This document shows positions 1-10,157 of a stretch of 64,000 nt of DNA, in pieces. The DNA lies in the NCBI GenBank assembly GCA_000092065.1, contig CP000600.1; one strand, 5' to 3'. The notes beneath the pieces are model-generated. The model was not told the origin of the DNA and did not search any database. It saw nothing but the letters and a program-made list of their open reading frames with translations. The position numbers and the translations under genes are program-made. Source of the stretch: Ostreococcus lucimarinus (lineage: Eukaryota). Every line of letters starts with the position of its first letter. Positions within the stretch are counted from its first letter, which is position 1.

Positions 1-49
1 CGACGAGACTTCTTGCTCGAAGAGTGAGATTTGGCAAATCGTCTTCGAG

Positions 50-1015
50 ATGACCTTCGTCGTCGCCACGATTCGCGCGTCGATCGAACTCATGAAGTGG
101 GCCCCGACGGGCGGGTCAGGGGCGGGGACGATTTCACTCGTTTCCGTGATTGGGTTCGGCATCGCGGCGTGCTGCGTGTACGTCGCCGCGGGAAGCTGGG
201 ATGACAAGTGCGGTCCGAGAAGTAGCGAGCGCTACCGTCGCGCCAAGACGTCGAGCGTCGAAGAGCGCGCGGGGTTACTGTCGTCTACGACGGCGGCGGC
301 GACGTTGGCGCCGCCTCGACGGATCAATATGTCTCTCTCATCGAAGTCGCGACGCACGAAAGCGAGCGACATGTACGGTACGAGTACTGTCCCCGCGTTT
401 GACGTGGAAAGTGGGAAACGAACGCCCGAGGCGTTTAGCGTCGGCGACGAGGACGACGTCCAACCCGTCAGCCTCGACGTCCCGGCGTTGACGAACGCGA
501 AGGAGATGCAAAAGGCTATCAAAAAGTACAAAAACATGCGAGATCACAATTTCGATCTCGAGAACTTTAGTGAGTACGCGCAGAGCGATGCGACGAGCGT
601 GATGTCGGAAAATCACGCGCCGTCGCACGTCAACTTTGGATCGCACGCGCCGTCGCACGAAGATTTCGGCAGCGAAATCGGCAGCGCGTTCGGCGACGGC
701 GACGACGACGAAAGGTCGGTAGACATGGACGGCAAGGATCGCGCCGCGCTGGCGCACGCCATGCAAGCGCAGCACGACTCGCAACAGCGCGCCAAATCGC
801 TTCGCATGGCGAATTTGCGCGTCAACACCGCGCCCGCGCCGAATCCCAAACGGTCGCGACCGCCGAGGTCGCCGCGCAGCTCCAACGCGACGTCCGCGGA
901 CAATTCGCCGCGCGCGCCGCTCTCACCCCCGACCGCGGAATCACCCAAACCCATCAGCGCGTCCGATTGGGTCGATTCCCCGATCGTCGTCGACGCGTCG
1001 TCGACGCCTCGATGA
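50..1015 (+). CDS. hypothetical membrane protein (N-terminal hydrophobic segment, internal NHAPSH-VNFGS/EDFGS duplicate)
   Basis: 321-aa ORF with non-biased composition in its first two-thirds; a TM-like stretch GTISLVSVIGFGIAACCVYVAAG near the N-terminus; no family recognised; may extend upstream of the window. Confidence 0.35.
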   Translation: MTFVVATIRASIELMKWAPTGGSGAGTISLVSVIGFGIAACCVYVAAGSWDDKCGPRSSERYRRAKTSSVEERAGLLSSTTAAATLAPPRRINMSLSSKSRRTKASDMYGTSTVPAFDVESGKRTPEAFSVGDEDDVQPVSLDVPALTNAKEMQKAIKKYKNMRDHNFDLENFSEYAQSDATSVMSENHAPSHVNFGSHAPSHEDFGSEIGSAFGDGDDDERSVDMDGKDRAALAHAMQAQHDSQQRAKSLRMANLRVNTAPAPNPKRSRPPRSPRSSNATSADNSPRAPLSPPTAESPKPISASDWVDSPIVVDASSTPR

Positions 1016-1519
1016 CGCCTCGACGACGAAGCCCGTCTCGCGTCGCGTCGCGTCGCGTCCGCGTCTACAGCGCGCGTTGATTATTTTACACCCAGTCTAC
1101 GCTACCCCGTCGCGCCGTCCCCCACCGTCGTCTCGCCCGCCGGAGTCCCCTTTCCCAACCTTCGCGCGCGTTCAAAGTGCAGCGCGCGAAGCATCGCGTT
1201 CACCTCGGCGTACGCGCCCGCGCGCGCCTCGTCCTCGTCCTCGTCCTCGCGCGCGCGTCCCGTGTGCATGCGCTTCACCGCGCGCTGCAGTTCGAGCACC
1301 TCCTCGCCGTCGCTCGCGCTCGGTCGCGCGCGCGTCGCGCGCGTCGTCGTCATCGGTCGGCGCGTCGTCGCTCTCGGGCGGTATCGACGGCGCGCGGACG
1401 CGCGACGCGCGCGAGACCGACTCGGACGCGCGCGCGCGATCGCGGCGCGCGCGACGCCGCGCCGCGCGGTCGAATCGCGCGCGCGAACGGCGCGCCGTCG
1501 CCACTCTACGGCGCGCCGA

Positions 1520-1952
1520 AATGAAACCGAAACCGAAAGATTCGCCCAAGAAGCGCCATCAGCGACCGAAGAGCGGCACGGGCGCGGCCAAGCGCGACAA
1601 ACGCGGCGTCGCGCGACACAAGAGCGCGACGACGGCGTTCGGCGAGGCGACGTTCGACGACGCGAAGCGTAAAGATTGGGTCACCGGGTACCGCAAGCGC
1701 AAGGTTGGACGACGAAAGCAAGCGCAGCACGACGCCGAGCAGCGCGCGCGACGCGAGCGAATCGCGGCGAGGAAGGCGCGGAGGGACGCGGAGCGCGTCG
1801 CGCTCGGTTTGGTGGACGACGAGGGCGAACGCGCGGCGAATGGGGTCGGGGACGCGGTCGAGCGGGACGACGCGGACGTCGACGCGGCGTACGCGAGCGG
1901 CGTCACGGTGACCGTGCGCGCGGGATCAGGCGCGAGCGACGATGGATTTTGA
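1520..1952 (+). CDS. small Lys/Arg-rich basic protein, possibly a nucleolar or ribosome-biogenesis factor
   Basis: The 3' part of ORF 1077..1952 starting at ATG 1520 (MKPKPKDSPKKRHQRPK...KDWVTGYRKRK...) has protein-like composition; the 5' part of that ORF is RP/RA low-complexity typical of GC frame artifacts. Confidence 0.35.
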
Positions 1953-2189
1953 TTTGTATTTTTTGTATCTCTGTATCTTTGCCTCGAGCGCGCGTTTCGA
2001 TTCGTTTCGCGCGCGTCGGCGTCGGCGCGCGGCAGAGCGCGACTCGCGGCGGCGGCGATGCGCGGTCGGTCGGTTCGACGCGCGCTCGCGCTCGCGCTCG
2101 CGTGCGGCTTGGGTGCGTGACGTAGGGCGCTCGTCGCGACGCGTCGCGGCGGCTCGACGACGGCGCGCGCGCGCGCGGAGGGAACGATC

Positions 2190-3644
2190 GTGGGGAACGC
2201 GCGCGTCGAGCGAATGCGCGTCGACGCGCGCGAGAGCGGCGAAACGCGACGGCGCGATATCGGACTGACGGCGCGCGAACGCTACCTGTCGAACGCAGCG
2301 ATGGCGCGCGACGCGGAGGGGGCGCGACGCGCGAGCGTGAACGCCTCGGGCGTGTTCAACACCAACGGCTTGCGGTGTCCCGAAGACGTCGAGTGCGAGC
2401 GGTGCGCGGCGCCGCTGAACGCGGCGCCGTTCCGCGCGCCGGTGAACCTGACGGGAGTGCGAGTGATCGGGTGTCGATACCGCGCGGACGTGTGCGACGC
2501 GCTGCGCGAGGAGTCGAAGGCGTGCAAGAGACACGCGCGGTCGCTGTGCGGCGAACAGGACACGCGAGCGCAGGCGAAGACGAAATGTAAACGCGAAATG
2601 AATCGAGCGTGGAAGACGCGGTGCAAGGAAGAACGGACGATGATGGTGTCGCGCGCGGATGGGGCGCTGAAACGGTTCTTGGAAGTGCTGGAAAAGTTGA
2701 AAAGGGCGCGAGCGAAGCGCGCGGCGGGAGGCGCCGGGGACGACTTGACGATGTTAGAGATGGAGCTTTCGCGCTTGAAGACGTCGATCGGGCACGCGTT
2801 CGAGGAGCTGAGAAGTAATCACGGAGGCGTCGCGGTGGGATTGATGTCGGATCGAATGGAAGCGTTCGTGCGCGGGCCGACGCTGTTGGATTCGACGAGC
2901 GATATGTTGGACGTCGTCAACGCCATGAACGCCGTCTTGGGCGAGCTTCAAGGTTTGAGCACCGAAGCGAAAAGCTTGTGCTCGTACGACGCGAACATGG
3001 ACACGTCGGATGGTAAAATTTTGTGCCAAGACATGGAAGAAAAGATGAAGCTTTCGGAGAAGCGCGTCAACCGCTGCGCCGCGCGCCTGAGCGATTATTT
3101 AGCGTCGACGGCGAAAATCGACGCCCTCATCGTAGAGAAGAAGCGTCGGTTCGCGCTTTTGGATTCGCTCGACAAGTTCACCGATTCAATCTCTGGCGCT
3201 TGGTCCGCGGTGCAGTACGAAGGCGACGACGACTTTGTCGAAGAGCCGTCGACGCGCTTCAATCTCACCGAACACGTCACCACGGGCATCGTGCACACGC
3301 TCATGAACCACTACACCACTGTCAGCGCCCGCCACGCGCTCGCCACCGCCGAAATCAAAGAATCCGCGCTTTGCGCGCACATCATTCCAAGATTTCAGCT
3401 CTCTCTCCTCGGCACCGGCTTCAAGCGCGGCGACCTCGCGTGTCCGCCGCCCCACGGCACCTTCATCGCCGGTCGCGAGCTCCCGGACTGGTCCGCCTAC
3501 TTTTTATTCCTCCTCGGCATCGCCGTCGGCGCCGGCGCCACGATCGCCACCAATCGCGCCAACGAAGCCGTGGATTTCGTGCGCACGAATTCCTCCGTCG
3601 TCGTCGCCGTCTTGGTCGTCGTCTTGGCCGGTCGCTTCTTTTAG
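2190..3644 (+). CDS. hypothetical Cys-rich, coiled-coil protein with a C-terminal transmembrane anchor
   Basis: 484-aa ORF; N-terminal Cys cluster (CPEDVECERCAAP...GCRY...C); central heptad-like region; C-terminal hydrophobic segments (YFLFLLGIAVGAGATIA, VVVAVLVVVLAG). Confidence 0.4.
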   Translation: MGNARVERMRVDARESGETRRRDIGLTARERYLSNAAMARDAEGARRASVNASGVFNTNGLRCPEDVECERCAAPLNAAPFRAPVNLTGVRVIGCRYRADVCDALREESKACKRHARSLCGEQDTRAQAKTKCKREMNRAWKTRCKEERTMMVSRADGALKRFLEVLEKLKRARAKRAAGGAGDDLTMLEMELSRLKTSIGHAFEELRSNHGGVAVGLMSDRMEAFVRGPTLLDSTSDMLDVVNAMNAVLGELQGLSTEAKSLCSYDANMDTSDGKILCQDMEEKMKLSEKRVNRCAARLSDYLASTAKIDALIVEKKRRFALLDSLDKFTDSISGAWSAVQYEGDDDFVEEPSTRFNLTEHVTTGIVHTLMNHYTTVSARHALATAEIKESALCAHIIPRFQLSLLGTGFKRGDLACPPPHGTFIAGRELPDWSAYFLFLLGIAVGAGATIATNRANEAVDFVRTNSSVVVAVLVVVLAGRFF

Positions 3645-3721
3645 TCGCGCTCGGCCGAGTCCGACTCCAACCGCCGCGCGCGCGTTTGTAACACTACCGC
3701 GCCACCACACGCCGACTCGCC

Positions 3722-4774
3722 ATGTCGCGCTCGCTCGCGACGCGCGAAGTGACGCGCGCCATCGCGCTCGCCCGCGCGTGCGCGCGCGACGCCCGCGCGC
3801 GCGTGAAAATTGCCGGCGGCGCGCGCGCTTCGGGACAAAAGTGCACTTTTTCTCGCCTCGGAAAACACCGGCTCGCGCCCGCGTCGACCGTCGCCGCGCG
3901 CGGCGGCGCGACGCGCGCGACGAACGATGATCTCGCGCGCCTGCACGCGCCGTCTCTTCACCGGTTCTACGTGGACGCGGACTTTGCGCGCGGCGCCGCG
4001 GTGACGCTCTCGCGCGAGGAGACGCGACACGCCACCAAGGCGCTTCGGTTGAAACCGGGCGATCGTTTGGAAGTGTGCGACGGTCGAGGGACGCTCGGCA
4101 TCGCGAGGCTGTGCGCCGTGGACGGCGTGGGGGCGACGGTGGAGGTGGAGGAGATGGTGGCGGACGCGCTCGGGAGCGGGACGGCTTGGGACGTCGCGAG
4201 CGCGTTCGGCGGATTAAAGGGCGGACGAGGGGACTGGTTGGTCGAAAAGTGCGCGGAACTCGGCGCGCGCACGCTCGTACCGTTGTTGACGACGCGATCG
4301 GGGGCGATCGGGGGTGGGGATAGGGACGGGGATAAGAAGCGGTCGGGGAATCGACGCGCGAGCGGCGGCGACGACGACGGCTCGACGGCGAGCGGGCGCG
4401 AGGGTCGGTGGGGGCGCGTCGCGCACGCGGCGAGTAAACAAAGCTTGCGCGTGTACGGCTTACAGGTTGCGCCGCCGATCGGTGTCGAGGCGCTTTGCGA
4501 AGAAATCGCGAAAGATTGTGGCGAGCGGTTGACGTTGCTCGCGGCGGCGGGCGCGCCGCCCATCGCCGACGTCGCGCGCGCTTCGGGACTAGACTTGCGC
4601 TCGGGACGGATCGTCATCGGGCCCGAGGGAGATTTTACGGACGAAGAGTTGAAGGCGATGATCGCGGCGGGCGCACGGCCGGTTGGTTTAGGGTCGTTGC
4701 GTTTACGCGTGGAGACGGCGGCAATTTCCGCGCTCGCCGCCGTGTCGGCGCTCGCAGAGGAAAAAGGTGCGTGA
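3722..4774 (+). CDS. RsmE-like 16S rRNA (uridine-N3)-methyltransferase (SPOUT family) with an N-terminal organellar-type extension
   Basis: Motifs: HRFYVD...LSREETRHATKALRLKPGDRLEVCDGRG (PUA-like N-domain), EKCAELGARTLVPL, IVIGPEGDFTDEELKAMIAAGARPVGLGSLRLRVETAAISALA (SPOUT knot region). Confidence 0.7.
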   Translation: MSRSLATREVTRAIALARACARDARARVKIAGGARASGQKCTFSRLGKHRLAPASTVAARGGATRATNDDLARLHAPSLHRFYVDADFARGAAVTLSREETRHATKALRLKPGDRLEVCDGRGTLGIARLCAVDGVGATVEVEEMVADALGSGTAWDVASAFGGLKGGRGDWLVEKCAELGARTLVPLLTTRSGAIGGGDRDGDKKRSGNRRASGGDDDGSTASGREGRWGRVAHAASKQSLRVYGLQVAPPIGVEALCEEIAKDCGERLTLLAAAGAPPIADVARASGLDLRSGRIVIGPEGDFTDEELKAMIAAGARPVGLGSLRLRVETAAISALAAVSALAEEKGA

Positions 4775-4830
4775 AGCAGCTCTCGCTTGAATATAATATT
4801 GTACACTGGAGTTTCATTCTAAATCATCAT

Positions 4831-6459
4831 CTAATCGCACTTGATCGCTCGGTAAATGTGACGCACGAAGAGCAGGCTCGCCTTGTGCCCGACGGTGCCG
4901 AGCAACAAAAACCAACCGTAACAAATAATGGCCATGTATCCGAAGTAGTACGTGCTCTGCAAAAAGCCCGTCATGTCGCTTCGCAAATGATAATAATAGA
5001 ACGCGTAACCGAAGATCGCGATCGCGGTACTGCCACCGCACAGCACCGAACGCCACCACCATTCGTGGTCTTCCGCGGTGAGCTGAAAGTACGTCAGCGA
5101 AATCGTCATAAACGCCGTGACGAGGATGAGAATGACGAAGACGACGAAGAGTACGCTATAAATCGTGTACACCTTGTGTCCCCAAACCGAAGCGAAAATG
5201 TAGAACAACTCGATGTAAATAGCGCTGAATGGCAAGAAGCTCGCGATGCACATCTGCGGAATCGTCGCGCGGTACCATGGCAGCGCTGGGATGTCGCGCG
5301 GATACTTCGTTGTTCGCACCGGCGCGTTGAACTCTGCCTTGGCGTTTTTACCGGCTATGCCTCCGACGATGGTGAGAGGAATGGTGACGATGGCCCAAAG
5401 CAAGACGATGAGTACGATGGTACCGAAAGGTAACGCCGCCGTGCTCCTGTACGCGATGGCGACGGTGTTCAAAAACGAGAACAACACGCCGAGCGGGCCG
5501 CAAAACAAGACGCACGTCAACAGCACGTTTCGCACCCAGTTTTCACCACCCATTTGTCTGTACGTATTCGCCGAGACGTAGCCTGCGATGCCTGCGGTGA
5601 GCGAGTACATGATCAAACATGCCGCGGTGACTGCACCCATGCTGTACGGGTAAAACGCGCCAACGAGGGCCAACATGAAGACGAAGATGACGAGAAAGAA
5701 GAGTTGCGTTCCAGTGCCTATTATGGCGGCGAACAGCGACCTGCCCCGCGGGAATCGGAACACATCGCCGTGCACATACTTCCAACCGGACTCTTCTTGA
5801 GACTCCAACATTTCTTCGTCTCGCGCAAACTTGACAAAGTCATTCTTCAACACTCTCAACAAAATTGACGCTAAGAAGCCCATCATCAAAATAACCGTCA
5901 CGCACGAGTTGATGATGCTAAACCAATGAATCTCCAGGTGCTCGGGTAAGAAAGAATACCGCGAGTACTTATCCATTCTATCCTTAAACGCCGTCGTCGT
6001 CGGTTTCCAATGCACGCTATAAGAAAACCGCATCGACATCGCCTCGTCCGCCGTGATATCTACCGTCTTCAATGGATCCGTACTCAAGTTGATCTCAATC
6101 ACTCGATCTTCGTTGTACGAAATCTCAAAGTGCACGTGCGTGAACAAGAAATACCTGTTCTCTGCCGCCGCCCCCCCGCGCATGATCTTCTCCACTTTCC
6201 CGATGAAGCCCCAAATCGGCAAGTCGTCGAACGACATTTGAAAGTAGTAGTCATTCTTCACCGCCCGGCGAAACTTCTCCACCTCTTTCCGCTCTAAAAA
6301 CTGCGTGCACAAGTCCACATTCTCCTTATCGATGCCAAATTCTATCTCATAAGGAGACTTGGCGAGCCTATCCCCACCCAGTACTTCACCCAAATCCGTT
6401 CGCTCGCGCTTGACGCCTTCGGGCGAGCGACAAAACGGGAAATCGTAATACTGATATGT
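4831..6459 (-). CDS. TM9SF: transmembrane 9 superfamily (nonaspanin, EMP70) protein, exon 2
   Basis: ORF 4831..6558 from TYQYYDFPFC onward is a canonical TM9SF body (9 TM helices, KNDFVKFARDEE...); the exon starts at the CAG acceptor immediately before ACA TAT CAG (TYQ). Confidence 0.9.
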   Translation of the reverse strand, partial: TYQYYDFPFCRSPEGVKRERTDLGEVLGGDRLAKSPYEIEFGIDKENVDLCTQFLERKEVEKFRRAVKNDYYFQMSFDDLPIWGFIGKVEKIMRGGAAAENRYFLFTHVHFEISYNEDRVIEINLSTDPLKTVDITADEAMSMRFSYSVHWKPTTTAFKDRMDKYSRYSFLPEHLEIHWFSIINSCVTVILMMGFLASILLRVLKNDFVKFARDEEMLESQEESGWKYVHGDVFRFPRGRSLFAAIIGTGTQLFFLVIFVFMLALVGAFYPYSMGAVTAACLIMYSLTAGIAGYVSANTYRQMGGENWVRNVLLTCVLFCGPLGVLFSFLNTVAIAYRSTAALPFGTIVLIVLLWAIVTIPLTIVGGIAGKNAKAEFNAPVRTTKYPRDIPALPWYRATIPQMCIASFLPFSAIYIELFYIFASVWGHKVYTIYSVLFVVFVILILVTAFMTISLTYFQLTAEDHEWWWRSVLCGGSTAIAIFGYAFYYYHLRSDMTGFLQSTYYFGYMAIICYGWFLLLGTVGHKASLLFVRHIYRAIKCD

Positions 6460-6653
6460 CTGCGCGAACGAGCCGGGCGCGACGAGCGAATTCGAGTCAG
6501 TCTTAACGTTCGCATCCGCATCTCCCTCGACGCGCGTTCGCGCGCATTCACAAGACATTTCGACCGCGTCGTCGCGTTTGGATTAATCAATTCGCCGCGC
6601 GCGCGCGTTCGATTTTTCCACTACGACGTCGACGCGCGAAACCGCGCACGCAC
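6460..6653 (-). other. intron of TM9SF gene (GTGCGT...CGCGCAG), about 194 nt
   Basis: Exon 1 (frame of ORF 6621..6905) and exon 2 (frame of ORF 4831..6558) are in different frames. Splicing GAG|GTGCGT ... CAG|ACA joins ...FANKVGPFHNPSE to TYQYYDFPFC, which reconstitutes the conserved TM9SF N-terminus. Confidence 0.75.
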
Positions 6654-6899
6654 CTCACTCGGATTGTGAAAAGGTCCAACCTTGTTCGCGAACAGCGCGA
6701 TGTCGTCGCCGCGATCGTATTTCGAGCCCGCGAGGAGCGAACGACCGATGGAGTTCGAAGTCGATCCTCGTTGAAGATCTTCCGCGCGCGCGCTCGACGC
6801 GCGCGTACACAGCACCGCACACGACGCGAGCACCACACACGACTCGAGGAACGCGCGTTTACGCGTTGGACGCGCGCGGGGGCGAGTTCGCGCGGTCAT
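6654..6899 (-). CDS. TM9SF: TM9SF exon 1: signal peptide plus start of luminal domain
   Basis: MTARTRPRARPTRKRAFLESCVVLASCAVLCTRASSARA|EDL...: n-region, hydrophobic core and AxA cleavage site; the exon-2 ORF alone lacks a signal peptide. Confidence 0.75.
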
Positions 6900-7010
6900 G
6901 ACCACCGCTCGCGCGTGGGTGTGTGCGGCGCGGCGCGGCGAGCGCGGCGGTTGGACCGCGAGCGGTTTCTCGTTTCGTTCATTTCACGGCGTCGGTTTAT
7001 CTAAGGTTAG

Positions 7011-9026
7011 CTAGACGATTCGCTGGACGCTACCAAATTGTCCGCGAGCTTTTGCAAGCGCGGCAGTGTACGCCTCGTTCGCCGTCTTCCAATCGCTCTT
7101 GTACTTGGCTTTGCGTTCTGGATCGAGCGAGGCCCACCGCTCGCCGAGCGCCTTGCCGACTTCGCGGAAGTTAAAGGTTGGATTTTCCGCCTTGACTGAC
7201 GGGCGTTCGTCCGTCGCGAACGCTAAGAAGGCAGTGAGCGGCTTTTTCATTCCTGGAACTTCCACCTTGGGTTCCGGCGCCTTCTTTGCCTTTGGATCTT
7301 TAGCTTCCTTCTTCGCCTCTGGCTCCTTCGAGCATCGATCTGCACACCGCTGTGAGGCAGTGCTGAGATCTCGCGCCGCCGAGAGCGCTTCGCTGAGATC
7401 GTGCGCCAAGTCGACTTTGATTTTTTCAACCAAGTTTTCGACCGATTTGTCCGTCAACTCGCGGCTTTCCTTGAGCGTACGATTTTCGGTTTCGAGAAGC
7501 TTGACGTTGAGACGCTCTTGTAGAAGTTTCTTTTTCGTGGCTTCGAGTTGCTTCAATGTCTCAACTCTGAACGTCTCATTCGTTGCTCGGGCTGCGATGA
7601 AAGCGGCGCGGTATCGAGTCGCCTCTAGTTGGAATGCTTTAGGACATCCAGTATTCGGTTCAGAGTTGCGCTTTTCCGACCGTAAACTACACTGTTCGAT
7701 GTCTTCATTGGCGTCGCGGAGCTTGTTCATCAACACGGCAATCGTTTCATCCTTCGCGCTCAAACACTTGTTTCGTAGAGCGAGCTCAGTCGTAGATGCC
7801 TGGAGTTCACTTTGCGTGCGCTCTAATGCCATCTTTAGCGACGGGATTTCTCTCATTTTCCGCGCCGCATCGACTCTAAACTCCTCCACTTCCCTCCTGA
7901 GTTGCTCGGACGTGGATTTGAGTGACTTGGACATTTCAGAAATTGATTTGTTCTCCACAGTCAAGCGCTTCACCTCGTCTCGCAGCTCGGCGTCTGAGCA
8001 CGATGCGAGCTCCTTTTGCAACTCGGCGATTTTCGACTTCAGTTGCACATTTTCAGTCTCGGCAGAGGAGAGTAACTCCACATCGTAGTTGAGCTTTTCA
8101 TTCTCGCCTTCTAAAGACGTCTTCTCCGCATCCAATTTTTCATATCGTTCGAGTGCGTCAACCAAATGACGTTGCAACGAGTCGCAACGTCGTTTCAACT
8201 CGTCGCGGTCGGTTAAAAACGATTTTTTCTCTTCATTAAGCACCACGCACGCGCCATTGTGCGAATGCACGTTCTCCGTCTCCGCTTGAATACGATTGTA
8301 ATCCTCGCGCAGGCGCTCCACGTTTTTCCGCAGGGCTGAGATTTGCGCCTCGTACTCGCGCTCTTCGCCATTCGCACGCATCTTCGCGATCGCCTCGGTC
8401 TCCTCTCGCGCAGCTTTCTCCTTGCGAATTTCCGCGCGTAACTGCTGATTGACCGTGCGCAGATGCGCAATCTCTGACGCCCGCGCGTCGGACTCTTTTC
8501 GAATCGCCTCGATACGAGATGGAAGCGCCTGAAAGTCTTCGCGAGAAAAGGCGGTGGGCTCGGATTCGAACGGTGGCGGCAGCGGCGGCGGCGGCGGCGG
8601 CGAAACACCCCGCGGCGTCTCAAGAGCCTCCACATTCACCATCTGCTCCGTCCTAGCTTTCTTCGATCGCGACGCCGTATCGACGTTCTCGACGAGACCA
8701 GTCTCCTTCGACGTCGTCCGATGCGTCGCCGACGTCTCGCCCTCGACTCCTCCGCGCGATCGCGCGTTAATATTTGGTGACGGGTACCCGCGCGTCGACG
8801 CCGCCGCGGCGACGCGCGTGACGTCGCCCCTCCCATGCGGACTCGCGTCGTCGCGCCGAGGCCGAGGCCGCGGCGCGGCGCTCTGCTTCTGTGTCTGTGC
8901 GTCTCGTTCCGCTCGTTTCGTCGTCGTGAGGGCAGGCGCTTCGCACCGGTCGCACGGGTCAGTGGGTTTACGCGTCGGCGCGATGAACAGCCCCCAACGC
9001 GCGGGCTTTGACTTTTTACGCGGCAT
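7011..9026 (-). CDS. coiled-coil protein with a C-terminal HMG box
   Basis: About 450 aa of heptad-rich sequence (LRAEIRKEKAAREE..., LEGENEKLNYDVELL...) followed by a canonical HMG box (KKPLTAFLAFATDERPSVKAENP...ALGERWASLDPERKAKYKSDWKTANEAY). Confidence 0.7.
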   Translation of the reverse strand: MPRKKSKPARWGLFIAPTRKPTDPCDRCEAPALTTTKRAERDAQTQKQSAAPRPRPRRDDASPHGRGDVTRVAAAASTRGYPSPNINARSRGGVEGETSATHRTTSKETGLVENVDTASRSKKARTEQMVNVEALETPRGVSPPPPPPLPPPFESEPTAFSREDFQALPSRIEAIRKESDARASEIAHLRTVNQQLRAEIRKEKAAREETEAIAKMRANGEEREYEAQISALRKNVERLREDYNRIQAETENVHSHNGACVVLNEEKKSFLTDRDELKRRCDSLQRHLVDALERYEKLDAEKTSLEGENEKLNYDVELLSSAETENVQLKSKIAELQKELASCSDAELRDEVKRLTVENKSISEMSKSLKSTSEQLRREVEEFRVDAARKMREIPSLKMALERTQSELQASTTELALRNKCLSAKDETIAVLMNKLRDANEDIEQCSLRSEKRNSEPNTGCPKAFQLEATRYRAAFIAARATNETFRVETLKQLEATKKKLLQERLNVKLLETENRTLKESRELTDKSVENLVEKIKVDLAHDLSEALSAARDLSTASQRCADRCSKEPEAKKEAKDPKAKKAPEPKVEVPGMKKPLTAFLAFATDERPSVKAENPTFNFREVGKALGERWASLDPERKAKYKSDWKTANEAYTAALAKARGQFGSVQRIV

Positions 9027-9079
9027 GGTTTGAAGTGCGGTTTGACCGCGACGCGACTGCGACTGCGACGCGCGCGCGT

Positions 9080-9985
9080 TTACAAGCCGAGTTCTATGGC
9101 TAAGGCGGTCTTGACTTTTTTCACCGCCTTCGCGGGCGGCGCGTTCGTTAACGCGGTCGGCGGCGGCGCGGGCGCGGACTTCTTCGCGTCGTCGTCGTCG
9201 TCGTCGTCGCTCTCGGTGAGTTTAATTTTCGCCGTGCGCTGGGTGTGCAAGGTGTCCTTGGTCAACGGCGGCGGCGCGAAAAATCCAAACGTCGCCGCTT
9301 TCGCCGGTTCCGCGCTCGTCGACGGCGCCGCGGTGGGAAACGAAAATAACCCCGCCGGTTTCGTCTTCTCAGCCTTCGCCTCGCGCGCGTCGTCGTCGTC
9401 ATCCGCCTCGACGGGCGCGCCGCTCAGCCGCGAAAACACGCTCGATCGACCGGCGTCCGCGTCCTCCCTCTTCGCCCCACCCGTGAGCGCCGCGAACCCT
9501 GCGAACGCGTTCGACGTCGTCTTACCACCGTCCCCGGTTCCACCCAACGGCGATTGTCCCGGTCGCTTCGCCTTGACCACCTTTCGCCTCCCGCCCGACG
9601 AGCTCGCCGGCGACTCGCTCGCCTCCCCCGGCTTCCTCCTCGCCACGTACTCCCGCCCCTGATCCTCGAACGCCCGTCGCTCCCGCTCCCGATCCTTCGC
9701 CTCTTCGATCTCTCGCTTCGCCCGCTGCGCCTCCACCTGCGCTTTCGCCTGTTCGATCATCGCGTTCACGTCGTCCGACGGCGTCGCCGCGCTCGCCGCG
9801 AACGGATTCGCGCCCTCGGGCGCCGGCGGCGCCTTCGCCGCGCGTCCGAAGTAATTCCCCGTCGCCTCGTCGACGTCCGCGTCTTCCTCGTCGTCGTCCT
9901 CTTCGTCGCGCGCGTCGTCGCGCGCGTCGTCGACCTGCGCGTTCAAACCGACGCCGTCAGTCCAATCGCGCATCGCATCGCGCAT
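9080..9985 (-). CDS. hypothetical acidic protein with scattered FG/F-x-F motifs (possibly nucleoporin-like)
   Basis: 301-aa ORF with varied composition ([25 protein letters not shown]), poly-Asp tracts and motifs [35 protein letters not shown]; the plus-strand ORFs covering the same bases are low-complexity. Confidence 0.4.
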   Translation of the reverse strand: MRDAMRDWTDGVGLNAQVDDARDDARDEEDDDEEDADVDEATGNYFGRAAKAPPAPEGANPFAASAATPSDDVNAMIEQAKAQVEAQRAKREIEEAKDRERERRAFEDQGREYVARRKPGEASESPASSSGGRRKVVKAKRPGQSPLGGTGDGGKTTSNAFAGFAALTGGAKREDADAGRSSVFSRLSGAPVEADDDDDAREAKAEKTKPAGLFSFPTAAPSTSAEPAKAATFGFFAPPPLTKDTLHTQRTAKIKLTESDDDDDDDAKKSAPAPPPTALTNAPPAKAVKKVKTALAIELGL

Positions 9986-10157
9986 CGTCCGCGTGCGTCG
10001 TCTCGAAGCGCGCGTTCGCGCCCGCGCGCCGCGATCGCGCGCACCTCATCCTCCGTCGCGCGCGCGTCCTCGCCGTCGCTCTCGTTCGACATCGCGCGCG
10101 CCGCGATCTGCGGCGAACGCGTCGCGATCGATGCGTCATTCGACGACGCGCGAATCC

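Noticed and set aside
1077-1519. N-terminal half of ORF 1077..1952
   Set aside because: [15 protein letters not shown] low complexity with no Met-initiated protein-like segment; only the 3' part from ATG 1520 was kept.
9180-9215. GTC/GAC triplet arrays considered as possible CRISPR-like or telomere-like repeats
   Set aside because: Simple in-frame trinucleotide expansions inside coding regions; no spacer-repeat architecture, no cas genes, eukaryotic context.
9030-9662. 210-aa plus-strand ORF and other plus ORFs 9554..10423, 9993..10406 upstream part
   Set aside because: Ala/Ser/Pro/Arg low complexity; the minus-strand ORF 9080..9985 and the PRP6 N-terminal exon (from 10158) explain the region better.
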